Counted from the stretch's first letter, positions 1 to 12,715 are shown. The stretch is DNA of 64,000 nt from Callorhinchus milii (GCF_018977255.1 NW_024704742.1:6202001-6266000), one strand, 5' to 3'. Numbers and translations: made by a program. Notes: generated by a model not told the origin, from the sequence alone.

Positions 1-22
1 TTTCTGGTCTGCCCAACCTCAG

Positions 23-145
23 GTTTTCACACCACATGATGCCTGGCCAACCAGGTCATCATGCAACTGGAATTCCTCACCCAGCAATTGTCAACCCTCA
101 GATCAAGCAAGAACCTATGCAGAATGAGAGTGAACTAATGAGCAT
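23..145 (+). CDS. LEF1: LEF1 internal coding exon upstream of the HMG box (123 nt, phase 2-2)
   Basis: cag acceptor ending at 22, gtaggt donor at 146. Translates (R)[40 protein letters not shown](M), matching the LEF1 segment [31 protein letters not shown]. Confidence 0.95.
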
Positions 146-159
146 GTAGGTTGATTTAC

Positions 160-381
160 ATAGCTTTAGACTGTACAGCACAGAAACAGGCCATTCGGCC
201 CAATTAGTCTTGACTGGTGTTAATGCTTCATATGAGTCCCCACCCACTCCTTACTCCCTCCTTCCCTCCCACACCCTTCTATTCCTTTCTTCCTCACATG
301 TATATCTGGCTTCCTCTTAAGTGCATCTATACATTCTGTTTCAACCGGAGTTCCACATACTCGCTACCCCCTGCATGAAGC

Positions 382-382
<1 letters not shown>
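160..382 (-). mobile_element. CR1 LINE 3' fragment
   Basis: acagcacagaaacaggccattcggcccaa is the reverse complement of the CR1 3' end seen on + at 56085-56120. Confidence 0.75.

Positions 383-384
<2 letters not shown>

Positions 385-422
<38 letters not shown>
385..422. repeat. (TAA)n microsatellite. Others: (GA)n 18933-18966, (TG)n(TA)n 19767-19804, AAT/ATT 34383-34440, purine tract 57397-57500, poly-G/C runs at 18707-18730, 20336-20364, 25574-25605
   Basis: Directly visible simple repeats. Confidence 0.95.
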
Positions 423-889
423 TCTTATACTGGTGATGAATAGATTTGGAGAGTAGATATTTTTTATTGGAGAGTGGAGGCTCTGTTTTAAAACCATGCA
501 TGCGTACTGCTTTCTCTTAAGTGGAAGGGCACGCTCCTCTGATAGCCTACTGATTAAAGGCATCACCAAGTCATACAGCAATAAGCCATATGGTTGCAAG
601 TTCAAGTCCTGGTGTGTAGGCATCCTGAGTTAACTGACCTCAGGTAAGACAGCAACTGGCTGGTACATTGGGGCTTAATGTCCTTGACCAGGGAGCAGGG
701 AAATCGATCAAGGTTACCGTTGCTGATCACTATATCCAAAGACTACTTTCGCAGGTGCATATCTCAGGTGAAGGGAGGACAGGATGCCTCTTGTGGCTGA
801 AAAGCCTATCAACACTCAGAGTCGAGGCTTACACCTGTATAACGACAACTTGGTTGAGCTGCTACAATGTAGGGTGCGGCCTCAACCCA

Positions 890-1070
890 ATAATAAATTG
901 GTCACTTTAATCCACAACACTGCTGTGCGCAATTGGCTAATTGGCTGCCACGTTTCGCCCACAAACTATACAGTCAATTCACTTGACAGTATATTCCGTG
1001 AAGCGCTTTGAGACGTCTCGAAGACATGATAAGGCGCTACATCAAATGCAAGGCTTATTATTATTATTAT
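890..1070 (+). mobile_element. SINE 3' half. Similar truncated copies at ~11140-11250 +, 21990-22170 -, 22485-22650 -, 26434-26630 -, 28030-28180 -, 29110-29230 -, 29365-29490 -, 34575-34685 +, 51570-51715 +, 53300-53420 +, 59140-59325 +
   Basis: Shared GCTGTGCGCAATTGGCTGCC...GTGAAGCGCTTTGAGACGTCTCGAAGAC...AAGGCGCTATATCAAATGCAAGG(ATT)n. Confidence 0.9.
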
Positions 1071-1522
1071 AAAAGATGTCTGCAGCATTCAGGGGGGAAT
1101 TGGTGGCAAAAATAAAGGGGGAGTCGAAAGAATTTGATTTATTGTATTTTCTTTTGCCCTTGTCACACACAACCTGTATGATCTCCTGCAGTCCCACCTC
1201 ACTGTCGACTCCCTCTGCTCTGCAAACTCAGGCCCACCTCACAGCCATCGGTGGGCGAGCTGCCATCCAATTGCCCCGTGTCTGGAGCTCCACAGCTCCC
1301 TCTCCTCTTTCAAAAGCCTTGAGTCATATCTCTCCTACCCCTTTCCTATCCCCCCCACCCACTCCAATTCAACCGATTGCTGCTCCATTTGCGTGAAGCA
1401 CTTTTTGAGACGCTTTTTGACTACGTGTGTGACGGCATATATGTGCAAATTGCCATTTTTAAGTATGTTAAAACTGCCCAGCTGTGGGAATGAATTAAAA
1501 CGATACTCTTTGTTTCCCCTAG

Positions 1523-1685
1523 GAAACCTCACCACGAATCTCGGAAGGAACAAGAGGCCAAAAAGCCTCACATCAAGAAACCGCTCAACGCCTTCATGTT
1601 ATACATGAAGGAAATGAGAGCGAACGTCGTGGCAGAGTGCACTCTTAAAGAGAGCGCTGCTATCAATCAGATCCTGGGGAGAAGG
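1523..1685 (+). CDS. LEF1: LEF1 exon, N-terminal half of the HMG box (163 nt, phase 2-0)
   Basis: ctctttgtttcccctag acceptor, gtgagt donor at 1686. Translates [62 protein letters not shown] and RKEQE point to LEF1 among the TCF/LEF paralogues. Confidence 0.97.
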
Positions 1686-2222
1686 GTGAGTTGAATGGTA
1701 GTTTTGATGTGCTCCAATTAACAAGCGAACAAGCCAGGCATCCCTGTGAGTCTTGTTGATTTTGATGTCGCCATTGATGTTGCCTATATCCTGAGCTGGA
1801 TGTATTCCCAACTATTGTGTAGTGTCGTGTACTGAGCTAAGCTGGACTCGGATGGCTTTCCATAACATCTTGTCTGTTCCTCGAATAACGCCGCAAACGT
1901 GAGTAAGTCCAATCCTTGTAGGAATTGACTACTTGCAGTCACCCGAGGTTACGTTGCAGTCCTTCAGGATATACGACAATTGAACCTTGATCATAATAAG
2001 TATGCAGTTGTATTTGCGTATACACAGCCTGGATAGCATGGGAGTAGGCCATTTGACCCAATCTGCCCGTGCTGCCGATCCAATGAATGAGTTAGCTTTT
2101 AACCGTAAAGAAAAGCAATCTGCTGTTGTAACTAGCCGCCAGTTACAGCACCGATCGGTGTCGCAGTGACTGGACTCTGATCGATGTTGTAGTGATGACC
2201 ATCTCTTTGTGCTTTGTTGCAG

Positions 2223-2330
2223 TGGCACGCTTTGACTCGTGAAGAACAAGCAAAATATTATGAATTGGCTCGCAAGGAACGGCAACTTCACATGCAGCTT
2301 TACCCAGGCTGGTCCGCTCGGGATAACTAT
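2223..2330 (+). CDS. LEF1: LEF1 exon, C-terminal half of the HMG box (108 nt, phase 0-0)
   Basis: tttgttgcag acceptor, gtaagt donor at 2331. Translates [36 protein letters not shown]. Confidence 0.97.
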
Positions 2331-3339
2331 GTAAGTTGCTATATGGTGCTGGGTCTCGTGTAGGTGTCAGCCTTGTTAACTTGGCAGAGCTCTCACTTGA
2401 CGCGGAAGGTTGTGGATTCAAGCCCCACTTTAGCGTTATAATCTAGGCTGACACTTCAGTGAAATGTGTGTGTGGGGGGTGGTGGGGGTTGTGGGGGGAG
2501 CGCTGCTGCGTTGTCAGATGTGCTGTGCTTCAAGTGAGATGTTAAACCGGGTTTTCTTCTACTTCCCAGTAAAATTGGTCATGGCTGTTTCTGCGATGTT
2601 GCTGTGTGTAAATTGCCTCTGCTGCATGATTTGCCCTGTAAAACTGTCGCTGAAGACAGAATACTGTAGTTACCACAAAACCATTCTCATGATTTTTTCT
2701 TTATTGTGATTTCTCTTTAAAGAAATGTTTCACCACAGTGAATGCAAGATTTCCCCACTGTTTTACCATATACACGTCACAGCCCTATTTTTGGCCCTTC
2801 ACCTAGGCTTCTTAATAGAAAATAAATCTTTTCAAGTGGATAGAAGCACTGGAGCAGAAAGACTAGAAGGTTGCCGGGTCTAGTCCAGGACTGTGGTGAA
2901 TTAGCTGATCTCAGTTGAAACAGTAGTTGAAGTGCTGCTGTTCTCCGAGTTCTTGCTTCTTATCACTATCCAATAACTGCTGAAAACTGCACATGTGTAG
3001 GTGTCAAATGAGGGAGGACAGGGGTCACACTCAGCTGTGTTTCCCCGCCTTAGCTCCTTCCCCCACCCCGCCCAGAATTAAATAGCCCGCGAAACACACT
3101 AAGCTTTAAGGAATTGCAAATATTGTAGCCTCTAATTATACCCGGATGTGCCTTACCCCGATCTGCCAGAATCCTATCTCAGCCAATACAATTCCTCCAG
3201 GGGGATACTTAAGCTGCAATACAATTTCACACGAGTCAAAAATAACATCAGCATCTGAGCTCATTTCCGGCAGTCGGGGTGAGGCGCATCCGTATTCCTG
3301 CCGGGTTCATTGCCATGTTACAGTGTTTCAGCCCTGGCG

Positions 3340-3778
3340 TACTGGTAGCACTCTTGCTTCTGAGTCAGAAGGTTGTGGGTTCAAGCTCCACATCGGGGCT
3401 TGGAATCACATAGTCTAAGCTGACACTCCAATGCCGTGGAGTGGGTGGTGGGGGATGGTGTTTCATTGTCCTTCGGATCATACTTTAAACCCGAGGTCCC
3501 ATCTGCCTCTTCAGGTGGACGTTAAAGATCCCATGGTACAATTCGAAAAGAAACAGGAGTTTCTCCTGGTGTCCCGGCCAACAAATCCCCCAAATAAAAT
3601 TGGTCACTCACTCTATGGCTGTTTCTGGGATATTGCTGTGCACAAATTGGCTGCCACACTCGCCTACAAAATACACAGTTAATCAACTTTACAGTATATC
3701 CTGTAAAGCACTTTGAGATGTCTCAATGACGTGAAAAGGTGCTGTATCAAATGCAAGGATTATTATTATTATTATTAT
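3340..3778 (+). mobile_element. Deu-domain SINE (AmnSINE1/SacSINE1-like), family B
   Basis: Head GGTAGCACTCTTGCTTCTGAGTCAGAAGGTTGTGGGTTCAAG, Deu-like core AAACCCGAGGTCCCATCTGCCTCTTCAGGTGGACGTTAAAGATCCCATGG, and the same 3' half and tail as family A. Family name from recalled consensus. Confidence 0.8.
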
Positions 3779-4689
3779 CTGCACAGAACCAGAAGAGCAG
3801 CTTGAACAAGTGTAGCAGAGCAGTGTCTGATTGCCAGGTAACTTCACCTTTGTGCCTACGCTACCTTACTTTGAAATTGTCCCAGTTCCATTTAGTTTCC
3901 AGCACTGAGTTGTTTTCTCTCTTGAAAGCACTGATTCTTGTGTAAAATTTAACCGCTGCCAGTCCCCGCCCCCCACCCAGCACCTCATCCTGTACAATTT
4001 CCATTTCGATAGCATCTTCCACATGGTGAGGACGTCTCAAAGTGCCAATTGTCCAATCTTCACAAGCGACCTTGGAGATTGAGTGTCAGCTATTGATACG
4101 CAGGGTTGATGTAGCAGAGACAGTCTAAATTTGTCTTCACCCAACATGCCACACAATTCTCTCTGGCAGAAATAACAATAATCCTTCCAATTTGGTATAG
4201 GGCCTTATCAACAACAACAAGAATAAATTGCAGTTATATGGCGCCTTTCATGTCGGGAGGACGTCCCTAGGCGCTGGATGGAGCATTACCATGTAGTCGA
4301 GACATCTCAAAGCACTGGATAGACATCACTTACAGATATCAATGATGGAGATGACTCTATCATGTATCATGTGATTCTTTGTGATTCTTCTCCTCTTCCC
4401 CCACCCATGAAGTACAGTGACTGAGCAACTGTAGATAAACGCAGCAGCCAATTTGCGCACAGACATGAAACAGCCATGAAGTGAATGATGAAGGATCTCT
4501 AGATAGTGATCAGGAACAAAAGCTCTTGTTATTTCTTTCACCAAAGCACATGGAACTGCTCTAGAACCATGGAAATTTGCAACACAGACAAAACTAGTAC
4601 ATCTGCACTGGCTCTTTGAAAGAGCAATCTATTCAATCGCCATTATTTGCGCTCCAACCCAACAAATTTCACACCCGCATAAGAAGAGA

Positions 4690-4840
4690 AGTAGATAATT
4701 ATTTGGGGAGGACAAGTTTGCAGGGCTAGGGGGAGAGAGCGGGGGAGTGGGATTGAATTGGATAGCTCTTTTCAAAGAACCGGCACAGACACGATTGGCC
4801 GAATGGCCTCCTTCTGTGCTGTATAATTCTATGATTGTAT
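4690..4840 (+). mobile_element. CR1 LINE 3' end
   Basis: ggccgaatggcctccttctgtgctgtataattctatgatt, a typical CR1 3' terminus. Confidence 0.75.
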
Positions 4841-5438
4841 GCTAACAGTGTCACCTAAAACATGATATTTGGAAACTGGATGTTTTGGGTTAATTCAGAT
4901 TTCCAGTTTGTGAATGTTGGTTTGCAAAATTCATGGTTGATATTATAACCACCTTCACTATAAGCGCTGCCACATTTATAAGCTGGGTGGGTAATGTACC
5001 CGGATATTCTACGGTGTCAAAGCATGAAACTCCCATTATCTCAGGAGTAGCTCTTCTAGGTTAGAAATGCATATCACGAGAAAAATTACAAACAGTGGAG
5101 TGCATTGCTGCCAGTCGACTCTCTATACACATGTGCAAATGAACCCGGTGACATTGACAACGATAATAGAAATTAAGAAGCACTGACTTCTTATAGCACA
5201 GGGTGGGAATTGTTTAGATCCCTTCATAGCAGGATTACCCTGCATTTGGAAACCAAAGAAATCAATTAATGCAACAAATCGCATGAATTTTGCATTTTAG
5301 ATCCCCTTCTCCACTGTATGTTTTCTTGAGAATGCAAAATGCAAACAAAGTAACTGTCTGTATGGGAGTGTTTTTCTACCTTGAATCCACTTGAAGGACT
5401 GATCTAGATATATCTTGAATTTGTTTCAAATGTTGAAG

Positions 5439-5487
5439 GGAAAGAAGAAGAAGAGGAAACGTGAAAAGATGCAGGAAGCCACCCCAG
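5439..5487 (+). CDS. LEF1: LEF1 basic tail/NLS exon (49 nt, phase 0-1)
   Basis: tgttgaag acceptor, gtaaga donor at 5488. Translates GKKKKRKREKMQEATP plus one leftover G. Confidence 0.95.
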
Positions 5488-8328
5488 GTAAGAATAAAGT
5501 CAACACATTCTTGACATGTAACGGATTTTACATAACGTCCCATGTTAATAAAGAGGGGCCATGCAGAAGTTACTAGGGTACATCATGCACTAATCTTTCT
5601 ACCTTGTATTTATAATAGGAAATCCTGTTATAATGATACTGTGAAGAAGAGAGTGCTTTATTTTTTTTAACAATCAACGTCTCTTAAATAGTAATGTGTG
5701 GTGCTTCTTTCCAAATAAAATAAAAACTTGGTAAGATCCAATGGCCAACAGTGAAATTGTAATGCAAATATATTCTTATGTGTATCTCTCAAGAATGCAC
5801 CTTCACATTCCTTCTTCAAACACCATTCCAAAATTGGAAGGATCTTTTTTATTTAACATGGGATGTTATGCGCTGCATTGCATTTTCTATTTAATGTGTT
5901 TCCACTGGGGTACGTTGATATTGTGTGGTGACATGCTGGATTGAACCTCCTTAACAGCTCAATGAAATCTTGCCCAATTTGCAGAAGAAAATACTACCAT
6001 CCCAAACCAAGCTTTAGTTATTGCATTCAAATAAGAGGTATATTTAATTTTTGCTTTTGCGTATTCTACACTTTCCGTCTTAGTATTGTTGCAGATTCCA
6101 AATCCTTGGTGTCTGTCCAACATTAGAACAGAAATCTCATTTCAGCCCGTATTTTTGTTGAGTTTGTCCAATTTTCTCCTCTCTTGTACTGAAGGTTCTA
6201 ACTATTGCGGGGATATGATCCCACAGTCTCTGGCTGCCCTCCAATATTTTGTAGAAGTGGGATATTCTTCCCATGTGAGTTTAGACAGTGATGATTTGCA
6301 GGCTATTCATCGGCAGAGCACCACAGCTGAGTTTGATCTTGTTCCTGCACAAAATCCTGGTTCATGGGCTTTCCAGCAGAAGTCACTTGAGCAAAGTAGG
6401 AGCCAACAATCTACTGTACTTTTTAATTGGTGCTTTGTTTCTCTAGTCTTAAAGTAGCAGAGAATCCAAATGTAACAAAAACCTTAGTTCATTATCTGAC
6501 GTACATGTTAGGGTAGAATAGTGAATGAAAAGCAGGCTCCTTTAACTTCAAGTCCAATTGGTTTGGTGGAATGGTTTTGGTTCCCTGGTGAAATGATGTG
6601 GAAAAGTGAGGCACTTAAGGCTTGAAATTCCAGGTCTTTGCCCAAATGACCATTTTGTCTTACATTTAAAGATTGTGTAGAACTGTAGACAATTCTGAAA
6701 CTCAGTTTTTAATTTGGAGGCTGGTCGTTTGAAAGAACTGCAGGAAACAGGCTTCCGAATGAAGGCTGAGTTAAAGAATGTCCCGCAATTCTTTAAACTT
6801 TAAAGACAAAATGTTCTGATAGGGTTGGAAACCAGGTGAAATTTCTGGCTTTTTTTTTGTGAGATGAAGAGTGTAAGAAGAATCCAACTGCAGCTTCTAT
6901 CAGATTATAGTGAGAGGGTTATTGATGTTGAATGTGATGAAGTCCGTAGACTATATCCAGCTGTAGGATGATAAACTCAACCCCTGCATAAGATCATTTG
7001 AAGGATGGATGAGGAATCTAGAGTGTGAAATGACCAATTTGCTTTGCTGTTCCTTGGAAAATGAGATTGATGACACTTAAATCAAGAAATCTATTAAATA
7101 TAGCAGGCTCATCAGTTCAATGGATGCTGTGCATGATTTGGCTCAGTGAGCAAATACACAAGGCAGCGTGGTTTAGAATCATACACAGCGAGAAGGTCCC
7201 AAGTCAATCAATGCCTGTGTTAAGTTTTCTGAGAGAGGAGAGAGTCCTGCGAAGAGGATAAAAAATGTCTTTTAAGTGTTTTGGAGTAGGATGGGAGTGA
7301 GAATCAATCAACTGTGGTTTCTGCTCTTGATGGCTGTTTCGTGATCCCCGTAAAACGTGGGTTTGATTTTGGCTGTGATTGCTCTGCCTCACTTGCTATT
7401 TTGACAATTAACAGAAAAAACACTTCAAAGCTAAGGCTGAATTCAATAATTTGGCAAATTCTGGATGCTCTGAAATGCTACATGAAGACAAAATTACACT
7501 TGTATAGCGCCTTTCACATCGGAAGGACATCCCAACGCACTTAATTGAGGGTAAATAAGAGTAAATCTGGAATTTCTTCTCACATATTTCTTAAAAAACA
7601 GAAAACTTGGCATGCAGGGTATTGGAGTTGTATGTTAAGGAAGCCAAATGAAGTGTTACGTTTTGTTACAAATTAGTTTCTATTGGAATCCTGATGTCTT
7701 GGGGTTTAACCTATCATTTATGGTAATGTGTTTTTGGTTTTTCTTTAAAATGGGATTTCCCATTAAAGATCGTGAACTGTAGTGATCAGCATAAAATAAT
7801 TCTCCTTGCAATTAAGTAAATGTAGTACTGTCTACAGTTGCCTTGTCTTTGCTGCACATTCACATATTCTGATGATCGTCAAAGATGTTGTGGGCAAGTG
7901 ACATTTGGTACGACCAAAAGGGACATTGTGGTGTAGACATTGTCTGGGTCATGACCTTCAGGAAATTGGTGTAAAGCGATAGAGCTACAAAGAATCATAG
8001 CAATTATAGAAGCCCTGCAGACTTATTTAGCAACTCAATTCCATGATGAGTTTTAGCCTTTAAATAGAAGTACTCAGGAGTACATAGTCAAGCAACTATG
8101 TCATGGAGGTGGGATTCAGATGAAGTTATCAACCATCCTCAAAGCTTAACTCAAGAACTTTACAACAGCCTCCTTGAACCAAAAGTGAGGTTGCTACCTG
8201 GAAATCACTCCTTCTGTCGATTACTTTTCACACGTTTCACACCCTGCTTGATTCCAAACCCCAGCTCAGATACAAGCTCTTAACTGTTCAGTGGCTTGGT
8301 ATGTCTTTTTGACGTGAAAGACGTTATA

Positions 8329-8630
8329 CTGTAGCTCAGTGGTTAGAGCACTCGCCTCACAAGCGAGAGACCTGGTTCGATTCCTGGCAGGGCGAAACAT
8401 TGGACCAGTTTCCTTACTCCACACGCCTCTGTTTACCTCACAGTAAGTAGGAATCCGGTTGTTAGTCAATTGGCGGATCGCTTTTCCTAGGGTAATAATT
8501 CCTTCAAAAAAAATAAGTCACTCAATCAAATATACAGTCAATTCACTTTACAACGTATTTTTTGAAGCGCTTTGAGACGTCTCGAAGACATGCTAAGGCG
8601 CTATATCAAATGCAAGTATTATTATTATTA
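8329..8630 (+). mobile_element. tRNA-headed SINE, family A, with internal deletion
   Basis: A box TAGCTCAGTGG, B box GGTTCGATTCC, body ...AGTTTCCTTACTCCACACGCCTCTG, L2-type tail and (ATT)n. Confidence 0.9.
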
Positions 8631-9779
8631 TACAAATATAATTTTGTTGTTTTTGTTGGAGAATTTGTGGCTTTGCTCTGTTTATTTCTGCAAGTTTCAG
8701 GTTAAATACAGACGATCGACTACACTCCCGTCTAGCCATCTGATATCGAACGTATTAGCAGATAGCACACAAGCACCGCAGGCTTACTTGAATGGCAGCT
8801 TGAGTCAATTACCAGTCACTGTGTACACACATGCATATATAAAAGCTGTTTATTTTGAGCTGTGAACTATTTTCCAGGGATGAGCGCTAAATGCACAAAT
8901 ATGAAGCGATCTTAGTTATGCCGGTTTTGGATGAATTCACTGACTTTCACGCTTGTGTGTTAGCCTGGCTCAGTTGGAAACATTTGTGCCTCTGAGTCAG
9001 AAAGTTGTGGATGCAAGTTGTGTCGAGACTTGAACTTACATAACCTAGGCGGACACGCCTAATTCTGTGCTGGGGCTGCACTGCATCATCTCAGGTGTAA
9101 GGTGTCTTTGGATGAGATGTTAAACTGCGGTTAATTATTATTATTTGTTATTATTATTCATTTGCCCATTTGTGGTGGAAGTTAAAGATCCCCAGTCATT
9201 CACTTTATGGCTGTTTGTGGGAGTTGGCTGCCTGCATTTGCCCACAAACTACAGTTGACGGTAAAATCCTGTGAATCCTCCCGATGTGAACGGTTCTATA
9301 TTCAAATGCGAGGATTATTATTTTTATTTTGATCATTATTTTTCTGATGACCAAAGCAGTAAGAGTTTTCCTTATCTGAATGCTCGACATTACTGTTTTG
9401 CAGGGCCTGCTTTACTTGCCCTCTTTTATTCTTTGGATGTAAATCGAATCCTCTCAGCCTTGAGCATCGAGGTGCAGGTCCATTCATTTACTTGCAAGCC
9501 ATGTATCCCCGTCACTTTCTTCCACAGTTTTTCACGTTGTAAGATCAACAATTTTGGCTGGGCCGACAATCTTCATTGAAAGGACATTCAGTTCAGAACC
9601 TATTCCCATACTTTGGTTAAGCAGCCCTACGCCTTTGCATGCATCATATCTGTTCGCTCATTATTTGCAGTATTTTCATCTTTGTCTTTCTTGGGGTGGG
9701 TAAATTCACAAATGACAAGACAATTTCTTTAATCTGCCGTAATCTTGATGAGCACACTGTTCTGGATATTAACTAGACC

Positions 9780-10080
9780 GGGCTGCGCAAAAGGCAATAG
9801 AGAGTGTACGTTTGATAACTAACAGTCACAGAATCTGGTTGCCATAAATCAAAGGATCCCGCTTGTTTGGTGATGCTGTTTAGAGATAAGAGAGTTAGAT
9901 TAAACAGGGACAAGCAGAGTTTCTTCCACCTCAGGAAGAACAGGGAGCAATCCTGAAAAACAACATCCAGCATAACACAACGTCTGGAGAGTGTTATAAG
10001 ACAGCAACAGATCAAAGGCTTGAGATGGCAAACTGGGTTTATCAACAGCACTGAAACTGGAACATGGCCCACGGTGTGCT
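9780..10080. promoter_or_regulatory. Candidate intronic enhancer with TCF/LEF sites
   Basis: ATCAAAG at 9848-9854 overlapping GCCATAAA, a full-consensus AGATCAAAGG at 10009-10018, AGATAA near 9884; non-repetitive sequence. Confidence 0.4.
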
Positions 10081-11329
10081 AGAGTTTTGTGATCTGGAAA
10101 AAGAGAGTGATTTCTTACTGCTTTCCAACAAAAAACACTGTCGGACGTTCTCACTTGTATAACACACTTCTCGTGCTGTTAAAGCCAGTGAGTGCGGAAG
10201 AAGTGAGAGCAATACCTATTGTATCTTCTATATCTCACAATCATTTTAGACTTTTTTCTCGTTTTGCCCAAGGGCATATGGTACCATAAGAGGGATAGAA
10301 GGAGAGAGAGAAGAGAGAGAGAAAACACTTTTCCCATGTCAGAGCAGGTCAAGGCTGACATTTGACAGGGGGTAACCGAGGAAGGGGTGAAAAACCTTGA
10401 CACAAATTGCAGCACATTCCACATCAAATGAAAGATATATATTGAAAAGGGTCTCCTTTCACCAGTTAACATTTTATTGTGCCCTGAGGTGATATGAGTC
10501 CAGCAAAATCTCACGGTCTCAACCTTAAGACCATTATCTTAAAATTTAAGAGCTTGTGGAATTTTGGAAAATTCTTCAATTCAGTCTTCATTTTTGAAGC
10601 TGGTTTTCCCTCAGTTCTTCAAAAGAGCTTTTTTTGAAAGTAAGACAGAATTTAAGGATTTTCTAAAAAAAAATTCTGTGCAATCTTCAACAGGTATCGA
10701 TCGGCCTGGCTTAGTTGGTAGTTGTCTCACCAGCCACAGATCTGAACGATGTGGGTTCTTGTTTGTCCACAAATACGCAGTACCCACTTGTGAAGCATGA
10801 AAGCGTCATAGGCATTATATCAAATGGAAGAGTTATTATTATTTTAAGTCTGTGAGTGGTCTTAAGACTGAGCCCATGAGCATGTTCAAAGCATTTGAAT
10901 GTCACCATTGTTTGCAGTGTCTTTTATATTTAACCCCCAAAACGAGTTCCATGTGTACTCATAACATTACTTCACGTGAAGTAAAGTTATATTTGATGTT
11001 TGGCTTATTTTTTAAAAGGATATAAAATGCACATTTTCTCCCCTCTGGTCAGAGAATGGTTCTTGCCAGCTGTGCACATCTGGATTGTTCATTTGGTTTT
11101 GCAGGAGATCACTCAAAGATACACAGGTTTCAATGATTTTTCGCCCACAAAATTCACTTCACAGTATATTCTGTGAAGCGCTTTGAGACATCTTGAAGAC
11201 GTAATAAGGGTGCTATATCAAATGCAAGGATTATTATTATTATTATTATATTTATATGTCCACGTTCTATGGGTATACTTTACACATCAGAGACGTGAAA
11301 TTCTTCATGTTTTTAGGCAGTATGAACAT

Positions 11330-11520
11330 TGTCTAAAACTTGAAGGTTTTTCAGGATTTGGGAAAATTCTTCAATTCAGTCTCAGTTTGGAAGTATTTTT
11401 TTCCTGCAGGTCTTAAATTTAAGAATTGTCGAAAAGCAGCTTCCAAATAAGACTGAGTTGAAGACTTTTCCAAAATGCCACGCAATCGTAAATTTTAACT
11501 TAACAGCCTTAAGGTCAAGG
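11330..11520. mobile_element. Palindromic MITE-like repeat. Related copies at ~6620-6820, 10520-10690, 29690-29830, 58930-59085
   Basis: Arms 11361-11393 and 11440-11471 are near-perfect reverse complements around the central palindrome TCTTAAATTTAAGA (11411-11424). Confidence 0.65.
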
Positions 11521-12614
11521 CCAATCTTAAGGCGATGAAAAACTTTGGGGCTCTGGCATCTTATTCTAGCTCCAGGGTCAACTGTATTGGGGGATTTATG
11601 TCATTCAGCAACAAAAGGTGAATTCACCAGAATTCTTTCCTGGATCATTTGGCGTTTTTCTGTGGTTTGTTGTTATTAAATCGAATTCTTATTTGTTCAC
11701 TTTCTTAAAATTTCCCGACAAGAGCTGTCGTTGGGCACATAAAGTCCTTCAGGTAAAACAGGCAGAGAAGACAGCTGGGCTGTGGGCTTCCTCACAGATC
11801 CCACAGGAGGCACTAAAGTTGGCACTGAAGACGGCAGTTAAATCAAGCGATTTCCCCCCACACCCACACCCACACACATCTCCCAGACAGGGGCAATCCT
11901 GGTATAATGCTGCTTCCCAGCTCATGTTCCAGCTGAGATTACATTTTCTCCCAATCTTTGCCGGAGGGCTGCGAATGACTGGTTGACCTGAGCCTTGAAC
12001 CTTCCAAACCTCGACGATGGGAGTTTTCCTATGTAACTAGACTGCGTTGAAAATTCAGGCTGATCAAAACATCTAGATTAAACGTTGCAGAATCGTTCCT
12101 TCCTCTTAACATCCGTGCATCTCATTATACCCGAAACAGTATTGCTTTATGGTGTTTTATTTTGCTAATATATTTATGCAGGATAATCCCATTTCGTTAG
12201 ACAAATTGAATTTAAGTCTTTGTTGGCAACAAACACAGGAGACAAAAGACAATTCTGAGTCACACAAGACAGTTTTAAAATGACATACAATGAAGAGATC
12301 AAGCTCATTTTCCATATGCATTGGCACAAATGTAAAGTTAACCACACACAGACTGTCCTCATCATATTTCAAACACCATCTACAGCGGCTTAAACTTTGT
12401 GCCCACCGACCAGTCGGGGAGCAGATGTCAGTTCTGAGATAACATAAACGACGCGCGATCACATTACACACGACCAACGTGGGAGGGAGAACCGAGGACA
12501 GACAGGCAAGACCTGAAATTGACAATGGAAATCTTTATGGGGATTGAGATCAATTTCAGTGTCCGGAAGAAGAAAAAAAAGGCTTTGCATATCTGGGAAG
12601 CTTTTTACTATTCC

Positions 12615-12715
12615 ATCTTGTGAGGAGAAAATGCTGGGAGGCAATTTCTGAGAAAATAAACGCAACCTTCCAGGTCAAGACGACAGCCAAGGACTGCCAG
12701 AAGTATTGCAGTAGG
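12615..12715 (+). pseudogene. Myb/SANT-like (Harbinger/PIF ORF2-type) coding remnant
   Basis: RRKCWEAISEKINATFQVKTTAKDCQKY resembles the W..I...VNA....RT...C.KKW trihelix/Myb motif; flanking frames are broken. Confidence 0.35.

Noticed and set aside
3739..3945. Recurring ORF peptides such as [12 protein letters not shown] and [10 protein letters not shown]
   Set aside because: These are translations of the SINE tail and (ATT)n repeat, not a protein family.
11960..11986. GGLRMTG* resembling the LEF1 N tail GTGPRMTAAYI
   Set aside because: No preceding acceptor and no AAYI; a chance match.
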